64,000 nt of DNA from Octopus vulgaris (Eukaryota): positions 55,676,001 to 55,740,000 of the forward strand of contig OX597827.1 in assembly GCA_951406725.2 (NCBI GenBank). Direction: 5' to 3'. The number at the start of each line of letters is the position of its first letter. Position 1 is the stretch's first letter. The translations under genes were made by a program, and so were the position numbers. Of this stretch, positions 1 through 12,249 are shown piece after piece. Under the pieces are notes generated by a model that saw only the letters and a program-made list of their open reading frames with translations, made no database searches and had not been told where the DNA came from.

Positions 1-135
1 CATTTTGAAACATGTAAATAAAATGTGTGGAGGAGGTGGAGAAAGAGATGGAAGAGGAATTGGGGGAGGAAGAAATGGAGAAAGAGGAGGGGAGGGGAGG
101 ACGAGTAAGTAGAAAAGGGTGTAAATGAAACATAC

Positions 136-172
136 CTACAAATACAAGATCTTCAAGAAGAGGTAGATCAGC
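136..172 (-). CDS. DNAL1: DNAL1 exon (ADLPLLEDLVFV-G); gene continues beyond left edge
   Basis: ccag acceptor and gtatgt donor; 37 bp; matches the LC1 'ELPCLEDLVFVGNP' motif; in frame with the previous exon. Confidence 0.93.
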
Positions 173-698
173 CTGGAATAAAAGTTAAAAATTCATGTAA
201 ACAAAAAATACTTTGGCAAATGAAATACAATTCCTGCTACAAATCTGAAGTATAAATTCATTTTTTACTATTTTATTGTGTAATTTTCCATTCTTACATG
301 GCTCAAAAGCAATTTGTTTACATAGATCTTTCAGTGCCACATAAAAAAGCACTGGTGATAGTGCCACATAAAAAGCACCCAGTACACTCTATGGAGTGGT
401 TGGCATTAGAAAGGGCACCCAACCATAGAAACCTTGCCTGGATAGGTGCCTCAGAGGGGAACTTTCTAGGAGCAATCCTGTGGTCATTCATGATCAAAGG
501 GGGTTTTCACCCTTTATATATATCTATAGTATGTGTATAATTCTTACAGACATATATCACCATCACAAGGTCCAGTCTTTGTTGCAGTGTGGTGGTTTGT
601 TTGCCTCAATGACCCTGACAGCTATGCTCGTGGTAAACAAACTCCTTGTAGGACCTCCTATGCTGGATAGGTCAAAGGACAGAGACTAAATTAATATG

Positions 699-1224
699 CA
701 GTTCTATATTTAAGAGATGAGGAATTATATACATCATTTACATTTGACAGATATTTGTCCTCATCTTATTTGTTGTTAACACGTTTCGGTTGATATACCC
801 TCCAGCCTTCATCAGGTGTTTTGGGGAAATTTCAAACCTGGGTTCTCATCCCTAAGGTATTTTTCATTGTTGTTGTTGTTTTTTTCTTTTTGGTGAAGCA
901 ATATCGGTGATTCAAGAAAAACTAGCGACAGACACCCATCTAAAAGAATGCACTAGTATACCAATAAGAAACTTGATGGAAATGTTGACCTTCATTTGTG
1001 CATATGGCGTAATGGTTAAGAGTGCTGGCTACTAATCCCAAGATTCCAAGTTTGATTCCAGGCAGTGACCTGAATAATAATGATATCAAAAAATACCTTA
1101 GGAATGAGAACCCAGGTTCGAAATTTCCCCAAGACACCTGATGAAGGCTGGAGAGTATATCAGCTGAAACATTGTGTTAACAAACAAGATGAAGACAAAT
1201 ATCCATCAAATGCAAATAATGTAG
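699..1224. mobile_element. Palindromic non-autonomous retroelement: inverted body + spacer + tRNA-like head + hammerhead-bearing body
   Basis: Arms ~730-865 and ~1088-1223 are inverted copies; A/B boxes at 1005-1015 and 1050-1059; 9-bp direct repeat attaatatg at 690-698 and 1225-1233. Confidence 0.8.
1133..1178 (+). ncRNA. Minimal type-I hammerhead ribozyme motif (inverted, damaged copy at 777-820)
   Basis: GACAC-CUGAUGA-A-GGCUG..CAGCU-GAAA-CA-UU-GUGUU; stems I and II can pair. Confidence 0.7.
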
Positions 1225-1668
1225 ATTAATATGGACTACTTCCCACCAGAGGTAAAAAATGGGTCTGTATAGGGCCAAAACCCAAATCTAGAACTTGCAA
1301 AGTTACAGAAATAATCAATAACAATTTGAAACCAACCAGAGCTAGGAGAAGAAAGGACAACCCAGATTTGAGAGCAGTGAAGAAAAGTCATCAATGCTTG
1401 TGTTCCATAGGGTTTTAAATTTTGGTAAAAGGTAAGTGATTTCAGGGGAAGAGTAAATCGATTACATCAACCCCAGTGTTCAACTGGTACTTATTTTATT
1501 GACCCTGAAAGGATGAAAGGCGAAGGTGAACCTAGCGGCATTTGAACTCAGAACATAAAGCTGGAAGAAATGCTACTAAGCATTTTTCCTAGCTTGGTGA
1601 CGACTCTGCCAACTCACCACCGCCTTATGTACTTTGATATTAATTACATTAATTGTATTGCTACTTAC

Positions 1669-1722
1669 TAGTTTATTGAATTCATTCCAGTCACTCACTA
1701 CATTATTTGACATATATAATAC
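1669..1722 (-). CDS. DNAL1: DNAL1 exon (VLYMSNNVVSDWNEFNKL)
   Basis: ttcag/gtaagt boundaries, 54 bp, phase 0; resembles LC1 'ILYMSNNLVKDWAEFVKL'. Confidence 0.95.
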
Positions 1723-1874
1723 CTGAAATGATAAACAAGAAATAATCTCTCTATATATAACAGCCAATGTCAGCTTTTTTATTTGTTAGTTCTGTTATGC
1801 TGTATGAAGTCACTCTCTTTCTCTCACACACACATACATACATACATACACACACACATACATACATACATACA

Positions 1875-2104
1875 TTTCTTTATTACCCACAAGGGGCTAA
1901 ACACAGAGGGGACAAACAAGGATAGACATAGGTATTAAGTCGATTACATCGAACCCAGTGTGTAACTGGTACTTAATTTATCGACCCCGAAAGGATGAAA
2001 GGCAAAGTCGACCTCGGCAGAATTTGAACTCACAACGTAACGGCAGACGAAATACGGCTACGCATTTCGCCCGGCGTGCTAACGTTTCTGCCAGCTCGCC
2101 GCCA
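1875..2104 (-). mobile_element. SINE family B (copies include 1413-1626, 4490-4678, 5456-5668, 11358-11580, 15716-15920, 15985-16200, 25503-25706, 27367-27566, 29290-29890 x3, 30892-31105, 59486-60005)
   Basis: Head GGCGGCGAGCTGGCAGAA...GAGTTCAAATTC with A/B-box-like motifs; shared core CCTTTCATCCTTTCGGGGTCGATAAA. Confidence 0.85.
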
Positions 2105-2649
2105 TAGATACATACATACATACATTAGTGTAGCTAGAGTGTGTGCTGCCTGGGGCAGCCCTTCCATCTGTCACCCCACTGGACCCCACAAAAAACACAT
2201 ATGGCTTACAGCAAACCCAAAAGTGCCACCTGGGGCAGACTGCACCTACTGCCCCCTCCCCCAGCTATACACACATATACATACTACTTCCAGTTCAAAT
2301 GCATTATGGTATATCATATTTGAAGGTTGGCAGTCAGACATTTTCAATAAATACAGGCATATACTATTCATGTTTTGTATACATTTAAATGTTTTAGATG
2401 GTAGCTGAGAATCAATTTGTCGCTGAATCCTAGACTCAACTGAAAAACAAAACTCACTCTGCTTAATAGCTTCATCTCACTATCAGTCTTCAGTCATAAT
2501 ACAGATTGTATCAATTTACAATATTATAACAGTTACTTTCAATCACATCTTCAATAAACAGCAGAATGCAAATTTTTACAGATTCCAGTTGAAATCACCA
2601 TAACAACAACCATTTTATGTTACCTAGGATACAAAATTTCATGTTACCT

Positions 2650-3411
2650 AAGATACAAAATAGAAAATAATTCTCTGCAAACTGATCTGGAAAGATTGAA
2701 TCTCTTCATTGATTACCAAGTGCCTAGCAATACTAAACAACCACAATGACTACTAAGTTTGTTAAGTGTCTTACAAAATGGATATATCTTTTCTTGAAAC
2801 TAATTCAACCCCAGTTAAATCTTATTTTCCCTACCAAAGAAAGACACCTGGATGCTGTTCATCTGCTTAAAATTTCAACAGTTAATACCCTTCTCTCACC
2901 TATCTTAACTGAAATATTATATATTGAAACTGATGCTTTTAGAACAACAATCTCAAGTGTCCTTTCTCAGTGTAACAAATCACTCAAAATTCACTTTCTC
3001 CTTGACTAAATTTCTTGTCAATTAAAAGATAAAATTATTAACCATCTTACTAACAATAACTCTGAGCACCTTTTCAAACTCCATCTGTCTAACACCCGTG
3101 GACATGTTTACAAAGTCAGAAAACAGCACAGCTCCCATGACTTTCGGAAACATTTTTTTACACTGAGAGTTGCTGAAGTATGGAACAAACTGCCGGCATA
3201 AGCTGTTAGTTGTCGGAGCACTGCATCCTTCAAAACTTCCATGCTTCCTGAGATTCGCCAACACTACACCTGATTTTCTCCCCTCCATACACATGTAAGC
3301 ATGTATCTGACTCATACACTGTTCACTTTCTAGACATTTGTACATTACTGCATATGCTTTATATGCACTTTTGACAAGTTGTGGTGTACCTGAGCACTGT
3401 ATACAATAACT

Positions 3412-3445
<34 letters not shown>

Positions 3446-3449
3446 CATT

Positions 3450-3490
<41 letters not shown>

Positions 3491-4130
3491 TATAATCTAT
3501 GACTGTCACAGAAAGTGTTAGGAAATGGAGAACATTTTCATTTTGAGGCCATTTTACATTACACACTGATCTATAAGTAGTCTTTTCCTATTTAATCACA
3601 AAAGCAGAAGAAAAATGAAGATAAGATAAGATTGGCCAGAATTATCACTGAAAAGTTCCTGGCTTTGGGTAAAAGAAAATACAGGAGGACCAGTTAATTA
3701 TGATTTTATTTAACCTATTCCCCTCTTAGATTCACACACTTATTGCAGTGGTCCTTCAGTTTTCTAAGCCCTGTAAAATAACTCAGAAGGTTGGGCCTCC
3801 AACCAGGCCTTTTGCGATATCTTTAAAACCAGGAACTTTTAGGCACCCCCTTGTACAATTATGACATTAGAGATAACACAGCTGCTAATTCTCTTGCCAG
3901 ATGCACTTAGTCAAATCTAAGAACTTTGCAAAATGTTAAAAAAAACTTATACTGAAAGCATTGCATATTCAGAATTGAAATCACAATTCTAGTAATCTCT
4001 TCATGCTAAACATTTCATTTCCACAAATCTGTGTTGGCTTGAAAAGCTTTCTACCAACATATAACTCTTACAGCTACTTGTTTATGGTTATAGATCAATA
4101 CTCAACATTTCTTGTGTTTCTGTGTTTAGA
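2650..4130 (+). mobile_element. Decayed Ty3/Gypsy pol relic, interrupted by a CR1-like insertion
   Basis: RNase H-like IETDAFRTTISSVLSQ, YNYDI..DNTAANSLAR and integrase-like SYLFMVIDQYSTF fragments, with stops and frameshifts. Confidence 0.6.
3030..3494 (+). mobile_element. CR1/L2-type LINE 3' fragment with (ATT)n tail; other copies 7634-7980(-), ~16425-16720(-), 21515-21883(+), 58240-58450(-)
   Basis: Encodes SNTRGHVYKVRKQH..RKHFF..RVAEVWNKLP, a typical CR1-group ORF2 C-terminus; several near-identical copies in the window. Confidence 0.8.
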
Positions 4131-4817
4131 TACTCAGACAATTGAAGTGACAAACCCTAGCCAGAAGATACAGCCCCATCTGAAAGTTTGAGCTCTCTGC
4201 AGGAAATCTATTAGACTCTGAATCTACTGAAGAGACATATATTGCAGATTGCTACAGTGTTGACCTGTTGACGAGTCAACCCAAGAAAAATCCTAGGTCT
4301 GCTGATGATTGCTGCAGTAATGTGCTGAGGAGTCAGACTCAACAAATATAAGGGCTGGAGCAGTCCAGCAACAGCCTTGTGAGAGGAGGAAATTAAGCTC
4401 CACCACTTGAAGTTCATTGTCACAGATTTTCATAATGTAAAGTGCTTATAACTATAATTTTCATTAAAATCATGTTTGTTAACATATTGGTTTCAAATTT
4501 TGGCACAAGGCCAGCAACTCTGAGGGCAGACATAAGTCACTTAAATCGACCCCAGTGCTCAACTGGTACTTCGTTTATCGACCCCAAAAGGATGAAAGGT
4601 AAAGTCGAGTCGACCTCGGCAGAATTTGAACTCAGAACGTAAAAACAGACGAAATACTGCTAAGCAATTTTGCCACCTTAACGTTTGTTAACATGTTGAA
4701 ACTACACACCACGAAAAATAAAACAAAAAAAAAAACCCTTCAATTTTTCTGTAGTGATTTAAGGGAGAATACTCTGGAGCATTATTTTCTTGCATGCTAA
4801 AATACTCCATAGCATCT

Positions 4818-5410
4818 CGTGGCTTGCATACCTCTCACAAGCCATTCGTCTTCACCTAGTTCTCTTATTTGTCACCAGACTACAAGGCATAGTACCCTGT
4901 CAAAGGCCTGCTCCAAGTCAATGAATGCTTGGTATAGTAACTTGCTCTTTAGTAAGAACCTCTGTAGTTGCCTCGCTATAAAGAGGGCATCACTAATATC
5001 CTGTCCCCGCACAAACCTGAACTACATCACATCTAAGCTATTTCTTCCTGATTACTTCATAACTTGGTCTATCAGTTTGAGACCTCTGTAGTTGCTTCTA
5101 AAACATTCTTTTATCTTTACAGGAGCTGATGATACTACAGTGTTAATCATCAGGAATGACTCCTTCCTGAACAACTTGATTAGTTATGCAAATGACTAAT
5201 GAATGTGAGTTCGTAATGAGTCCAATGAGGGATTTAGCATGCAGGTAGGTGTCCATCAGGGTCTCATTTCCAGCTCTCTCATATGTATCTTAGTTCCCCA
5301 GGTCATAAAGAGGAATTTAAAACTGGCTATCTGTGGGTACCTCTGTATACTGATGACCTAACTATATCTAGAATCATCAATTTTAGAGTAAACCTACTAA
5401 AGACAAAGCA
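4818..5410. mobile_element. RTE-clade LINE reverse transcriptase relic with internal inversion
   Basis: Minus 4818-5200: DALFIARQLQ..AFIDLEQAFDRV..LGEDEWLVR; plus 5205-5410: VGVHQG..PLYTDDL. Confidence 0.8.
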
Positions 5411-6416
5411 GGAAGGAAAATAGGACATTACTGCCATTCAGAAAACAAGCAAATTTTTCAAATTTTGGTACAAGGCCAGCAAATTCAGGCATGTGGGTAA
5501 GTTGGTTACATCAACCTCAGTGTTCAACTGGTACTTATTTTATTGACCCTGAAAGGGTGAAAGGCAAAGTCGACCTTGGTGGAATTTGAACTCAGAACAT
5601 ACAGATGGATGATATACTGCTAAGCATTTTACCCAGCATGCTAAAGGTTCTGCCAGCTTGCTGCCTTAAGCAAGTTAGATATTACAAAATAAATAAATAA
5701 ATGAATGATAAAAAAATAAAAAGAACTTGAATGCATTATAAGAGGCATAGATATGAAGGCCTATAAATAAAGTAACACCCACATTTGTGTATGAAATTAT
5801 ATAAAGGCCCAGGCATGGCTGTGAAGTAAGAAGCTTGCTTCCAAACCACATGGTTCAGAGCTCAGTCCCACTGCATGACACCTTGGGCAAGTGTCTTCTA
5901 CTATAGCCTTGTGAGTGGATTTGGTAGAGGGAAACTGAAAGAAGCCTGCCATATATATGTATACATACATGTGTGTGTGTGTGTGTGTGTGAGTGTGTGT
6001 GTATGTGTGTGTGTGTATGTGTGTGTGTCTTTGTGTTTGTCCTCCACTGCTGCTTGACACACCAACACCAGTTATCAAACGGTGGTGGAGGTCCAATACA
6101 ATAAACATGAGGCTTAACAAAAAATAAGTACTAGGGTCAATTCATTTGACTAAAACAAATTGCTCAAGCTGGTACCCCAGCATGTTTGATGGGATTCAAC
6201 ACAGTTTGTCTATCAAATTAACTCACAAAGAATTGGTTGGCCTAGGGTTATAGTATAAGACACTTGCCCAAGGTGCTGCACAGTGAAACTGAATCTGAAA
6301 CCATGTAGTTGGGAAGCAAACTTCTCACCTCACAGCCATGGCCCTTCTTCCTATGACTAAGCTGTCACTAGATTTGAACATTCGGAATACTAAAAGAGTT
6401 CAAGCACATTACTTAC

Positions 6417-6506
6417 CCGTAGATTCTTCAGAACATTGATACCTTTCAGTTTTTCTACTAAGTTGTAAGAAATCCACAGCTGTTCAAGTGTTTCTCCAAC
6501 AGCATC
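6417..6506 (-). CDS. DNAL1: DNAL1 exon ([30 protein letters not shown])
   Basis: 90 bp LRR exon; ttcaag acceptor, gtaagt donor; resembles LC1 '[22 protein letters not shown]'. Confidence 0.95.
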
Positions 6507-6948
6507 CTTGAAAATAGACAATGAGTTTCTTGACTTTTAACTTGAATAATTAATCAACAACAGAATTATGGTTCTTCCCTATTGAATATAGTCACAAGAA
6601 TCTAAGTAAACTAGAGGCTGTTGTTGTTTAGCTTCAGGTCAGCTTTGATGGAGCAAGTCAATGACGAAGGTATTTCTGTCACAATTCCCTCACTTGTTTC
6701 CCAAACCTACTGCATGTAGAACACCATTATATACATTATTCAACAAGCCTTTCCCTTGTCTTTTTTTTTAAGACAAAGATGGGATTTGAAGGAAATTTAA
6801 CTGTGAGCAAATTAAATTTAGCTAGATAGTTTTTCCAAAAAACAAAAAAATTTTAACTAATCATGCTATAGTAAAGTAAAAAAAAAAACAAAAAAAAGAA
6901 AGGAAGAAAGGAAAAAACACAAAATCTATAATTTTGTTACAAACTTAC

Positions 6949-7004
6949 CAAACCAGTTAGAACTTTGATTTTGTTTCTACCCAAAGAAAGTATTTTCAAA
7001 TTTT
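6949..7004 (-). CDS. DNAL1: DNAL1 exon (KNLKILSLGRNKIKVLTGL)
   Basis: 56 bp, ttcag/gtaagt, phase consistent with neighbours; LRR motif LSLGRN. Confidence 0.95.
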
Positions 7005-7058
7005 CTGAAAATTTATTGAAAATTGTGAATTTATTATTTGATTAAATTTATAAAATTT

Positions 7059-7439
7059 CATTGTTATACCTGGAGATGGTTATTTTTTTTTGCCATTTAA
7101 ACAGATGCACTATTTATTTAATCTTCACTTTAGTTTTTATTTGTATTATTTTTTAGCTTATACATCTCTCAAAGTTCTTTCATCACACATTCTTTGACTT
7201 CATCAGTGACTCTCTTTGACATATATATATAAACTAAAATTAATACGAATAATTATTGTTAGTTTATACATCTGTCAAAGAGTCACTGATCAGGTCACAG
7301 AATGTGTGACAAAAGTGAAGATAGTATAAATAGTGCATATATTTAATTGATAAAAGAAAACAAAAAATAACCATTTCCAAGTATAACAATACCTGTTCTA
7401 CGCATGTTTTCACATCAAGAATCTTGCAAAACAAATACA
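7059..7439. mobile_element. Asymmetric palindromic insertion with two degenerate hammerhead cores
   Basis: Inverted arms span 7060-7390; minus-strand core CUGAUGA-A-GUCA..UGAU-GAAA at 7178-7206; mutated plus-strand core at 7286-7314; 16-bp near-direct repeat at 7043-7058 and 7440-7455. Confidence 0.65.
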
Positions 7440-8416
7440 TAAATATATAAAATTTTAGATCTACATATCATTTGAATAAATATTACTTTGTCAGTTTAAA
7501 ATATCATGAAGGCTCCCCTTTCATTAAGCACTCACTTGCCTTGCAGAATTGGACAAGAATCGACACTAAAGATTTGATATTTATGCTATTTCAATTTCAC
7601 CCTTTATCTTTTGTTTGTTTCAGTCATCAGGCATGGGAGCTGTGCTGTTTTCTGACTTTGTAAACATGTCCACAGGTGTTAGACAGGTGGAATTTGAAAA
7701 GGTGCTCAGAGTTATTGTTGGTAAGATGGTTAATAATTTTATGGGTGTCTGCCAAGTCAGCTGCTAGATGTCAGAGTTTCAATGTATCCATGCCCAGGGA
7801 AGTAAGGCGTTCAGAATATGGCAAATGCCTGATGGAGGGTATTCTCTTGGATGCATGTTCATCTCTTGCTTCTTATTATTCTCCTCATGTTGCAGTGATA
7901 AATCCTTTGGGGAAAGGCATGAATATCACAAGTTCCATTTTCCTCTTCATAAAATACCTACTGATAGATGTTGCCAATTTTGAGTAGGCACAGGTGTAGG
8001 TGTGTGGTAAGGAGCTTGCTTCCCAACAACATGATTCCAGGTTCAGTTCCACTGCGTGGCACCTTGGGCAAGTGTCTTCTACTATAGTCTTGTGCTGACC
8101 AAAGCCCTGTGAGTGGATTTGGTAGATGGAAACTGAAAGAATCCTATCATGTATATATGTGTGTGTGTGTGTGTTTGTGTTTGTTTGTCCCTCCCCCCAC
8201 CATTTGACAACTGGTATTGGGTTTGTTTACGTCCCTGTAACTTAGCAGTTTGGCAAAAGACACTGATAAAATAAGTACCAGGCTTAAAAAAATCGTAAGT
8301 ACTGGGGTTGATTCATTGAACTAAAATTCTTCAAGGTGGGGTCCCAGCATGGCTGCAGTTTAATGACTGAAACGAGTAAAAGATAAAAGGATTAAAATGT
8401 TGTTTTTTTTTCTTAT

Positions 8417-8840
8417 GGCGTAGGAGTGGCTGTGTGGTAAGTAGCTTGCTTATGAACCACATGGTTCTGGGTTCAGTCCCACAGCGTGACACCTTGGGCA
8501 AGTGTCTTCTACTATAGCCTCAGGTCGACCAAAGCCTTGTGAGTGGATTTGGTAGATGGAAACTGAAAGAAGCCTGTCGTATATATGTATATGTATATGT
8601 ATGTGTGTGTGTATATGTTTGTGTGTCTGTGTTTGTCCCCCCAACATCGCTTGATAGCCAATGCTGGTGTGTTTACGTCGCCGTAACTTAGCAGTTTAGC
8701 AAAAAAGAGACTAATAGAATAAGTACTAGTCTTACAAAAGAATAAGTCCTGGGGTCAATTTGCTCGACTAAAAGGCGGTGCTCCAGCATGGCCACAGTCA
8801 AATGACTGAAACAAGTAAAAGAGTAAAAGGGTAAAGAGTA
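8417..8840 (+). mobile_element. tRNA-derived SINE family A (copies include 5807-6185+, 7986-8390+, 12327-12700-, 26233-26601-, 33850-34256-, 37128-37569-, 46514-46885+, 50290-50445-)
   Basis: tRNA-like head (TGGCTGTGTGG...GGTTCAGTCCC), shared body with internal TA/TG microsatellite, short repeat tail GAGTAAAA; many similar copies. Confidence 0.85.
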
Positions 8841-8988
8841 TGTAAGCACCATAAAACAGATAAGATTTTGGTTAGCTTAGATTTTAACCCAGTTTCTACC
8901 CTACATCATTGCTTTCTTATTCCACTAACTTAAATGAAGTTGCTTAAAATTGTAATAAATTCATTAAAATTACACAAAACAAACTTAC

Positions 8989-9044
8989 TGAGCCCATTCA
9001 AATTTGCAATTTTTTCAATATTATTTGTAGACAATGACAAATGC
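8989..9044 (-). CDS. DNAL1: DNAL1 exon (EHLSLSTNNIEKIANLNGL)
   Basis: 56 bp, tatag/gtaagt; near identical to LC1 'LSLSTNCIEKIANLNGL'. Confidence 0.96.
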
Positions 9045-9190
9045 CTATAAGAAAGAAAATGAAAAATAATTCCACTCATCTAAATTTTCAGCTTTTATCA
9101 CTTGAACATGTTAAAAATACACACACACATAATGTATATGTATGTTTGTGTGTAAATCTATCTGTATGTGTGTATGTATGTGTGTATGTA

Positions 9191-9273
<83 letters not shown>

Positions 9274-9682
9274 GTGAATGTGTGTTTTAAAAAATTATGG
9301 AACGGAGCAGATAAATAAAGTCCAGGGTACATATGTTTCATAGCTAGCAGATCCTCAGAAGTAGTAAATATATACACACATATACATATATATGTACAGA
9401 TAGATAGATAGATAGATAGATAACACACATTATATCACATTTTCATTTGAACTAATATATAACGACCAACATCGTATTATAAGACAGCAGTGTGTGATTT
9501 TAGGGATGTGTTGGCTGCTATTTCTAGCAGTTTAGAGATCATATAAAGGCCCTTTCGTTGGTTCAAGACACAGAAGCTATCTTTATGCTAACACAGTATG
9601 AGAAATTAAGTTTGCATCTTGCTGCCTAAACAACATAATTTAATACATGACAAAAGCGCCATACAGAGACGTTTATAAATAA

Positions 9683-10197
9683 CTAGCAGTATCGCCCGGC
9701 GTTGCTCGGGTTTGTAAGGGAAATAACTATATAAGCATTTTTAGAGAGTTACTTCCCTTATAGATGCCAATTCGGGCTTTCTTAGCCATTTCTGTTTTGG
9801 TGTCTTCAAGCCATGAAGTCGTTGTTCTAAAAGAACGCTGGTCTCCTTGACAACGCTTTACGACGTTGATTTCCTTACACTCCCTTCCCCACAGCTTCAC
9901 GAGGGAGGGAAGAAGGGGAGAAGCAAACAGGTGCAGGTGTGACCATGGACGCCAACTCCGCCGCCATCGACACACAAAAAATTATGCATTAAAATGGAAT
10001 AAAAAACGATGTTAAATTATTTTTAAAATCGTAGACTCATCGTAGACGCGCGCTAATACTCAGACGGGCTCGATATGAATCACGACTATAAGATACCCGA
10101 ATTTGGTTAAACTGCACCGCAAAATGTGGGAGTAGTTAGGAATCTAAATCGAAGGGGACAGACACTCACACAACTACAGTTTTATATATATAGAAGA
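9683..10197 (-). mobile_element. Non-autonomous Helitron (515 bp)
   Basis: 5' TC, 3' CTAG, subterminal hairpin CCCGAGCAACGCCGGG (9695-9710), inserted between A and T, no TSD. Confidence 0.88.
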
Positions 10198-11650
10198 TTG
10201 TTTTATTACTGGCAACAAGTTTGTAACATAATTTAAGTTACTGTAGCTCATCCGCTAGTCACGAAACAGGGGAGTTAACTCCTTAAGCATTTAAACCTGT
10301 GAACAGATGTTAATGCAGAAACAGATGTTTCAAAGACCTATTTACTCCCCCCCCCGGCCCCAAAAATCTATTTCCCTCTCAAGACACTATGGCATACCTA
10401 ACACATACCTTTCTTGAAAGGGGGAAAAATTGATGGGAACGCACACATCCATATTGATACACATTACAACACATCTACAAAATGAATCATAAAATTTTGA
10501 AAAAATTATGAGATGTCAGTAGATATGTATACATTCCCACCAATCTTTTTTTTTTTCCTCACATTAAGTTTCTATATAACTGTAATTTACACCATCTGAA
10601 AGCTAATTGTAGAAAATTTCATTAAAAATTATCCATTTTTCTGAAAGTTATGAGAAAACAAAGTGAATTATCTAAAACGTCTTCTTCACCCATAGAAAAC
10701 ATTTTCACAACAAATTTCGAAATAGTTGTAACTTACATTATCTGAAAGGTATTTGTAGAAAATTTCTCTAAAAAATAACCCCTCCTCTTTTTTTTTTTTT
10801 TTGATAGTTATGAGGAAACAAATTCGAATATGGAGGAAGCTCAGTTGTGTAGTTATACGGACAATATAAAATTTAACCAACTAAACGTAATTTTGTTTAG
10901 AAAGTTAATGCTTTTTTGGAATTTCTGTGCTTCATATCAAAAATGCAAAAAAGACGAAAGCTAAGAACAAAGCCTATGCTAGCGAGTGTGGAGCCCAATT
11001 AGAGAATTGTCAGTGGCGCCCTCTACTCAACAAAAGCTGAAGATTGATGTTTTATGCTTTGTGTTGAATGCCAGTCCCAGCCAAAAAACATTGAGACATT
11101 GAAGCTCCACCATTACTCACAATGATATACTTAAAAACTCTTCATAGTCTCCTCCACTCAAGCACATGTGCAGGACTCTCTCTTGGTGCAGGGTCCGATT
11201 TGAACAAATCTGTCTAAATGACTTAAAACTGGCCCTGTATAAGAATAATGATGCTGTCAATGATGGTGGTAGTTGTTGTATGATGACAACAACGGTGGCA
11301 ACCTTAGGGAGGACAGGGGTTGTTGTCATAGTGATTGCGATCACGACTATGATAGATAATTCTTTCTACTATAGGCACAAGGTCAAAAATTTGTTGGGGC
11401 AGGGATTAGTCAACTACATTGATCCCAGCATTCAACTGGTAATTATTTTAACGATGCTGAAAAAAAAAAAAACCGAAAGGTAAAATCGACCTGGGCAGAA
11501 TTTGAGCTCAGAATGTGAATACAGATGAAGTGCTGCTAAGCAGTTTGTCCAGTGTGCTAACGATTCTGCCAGCTAATCATCGTATGATGATAATTGATCA
11601 TGATGATAGACATTGTAAATAGTTGGTCTTCTATGAGAAAATACACTTAC

Positions 11651-11763
11651 TCGCAAGCAGCTAATGTGGTCACTGTTGGATCAATCTTCTCAATGAAAGG
11701 AACTTGGAATGAGAAATTTAAAACTTTGGTTTCTACAGCTTTTTGACCTTCATTTTCCTTTTC
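11651..11763 (-). CDS. DNAL1: DNAL1 exon (EKENEGQKAVETKVLNFSFQVPFIEKIDPTVTTLAAC)
   Basis: 113 bp, ttcag/gtaagt; aligns by eye to LC1 'QIPPIEKMDASLSMLANCE'. Confidence 0.93.
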
Positions 11764-12218
11764 CTGAAACAAATGTGGAAACCCAACTCAGTCCAGATGT
11801 TTAATCAGAGAAATCAGTGTAAAAATGATTAGCATGTTTGGTTAGTAAGAAATAGAAGATTCAATTGCTATTGTCATTGCATTTTTAGTACAGGCTTGAA
11901 CAGCTGTTTACAAGTGTATTTATATTGTTAAAGGAATTAGAAGAAGGCACCAAAAACTGGTGAGATTGATGCCCCCCACCCTGCCAAGACTGGTGAGATT
12001 GAAAAGAATGGCAGTCTATAGTATAAACAAACCTAAATTTACTAAAATAGGGGTTTAAGAGAGTTCTATCTGCACACATTGCAAACATCCAATCTAACAG
12101 GATAAATCTGACTGAAGACATGAAAAATGGAGTCACTTATACTGCTAAGAACCCTTTAGAGGTATGAAACCAATGGTCACTCTCTGACTGGTCATAACCA
12201 ACAAACTTTTAAGTATGT

Positions 12219-12249
<31 letters not shown>

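Noticed and set aside
998-1070. tRNA gene (also 48694-48765 and family A/B heads)
   Set aside because: Acceptor stems are imperfect and the heads run into repeat bodies; these are SINE heads rather than functional tRNAs
7615-7632. CUGAUGACUGAAA on the minus strand
   Set aside because: No stem II; it is the common SINE-tail word TGACTGAAAC
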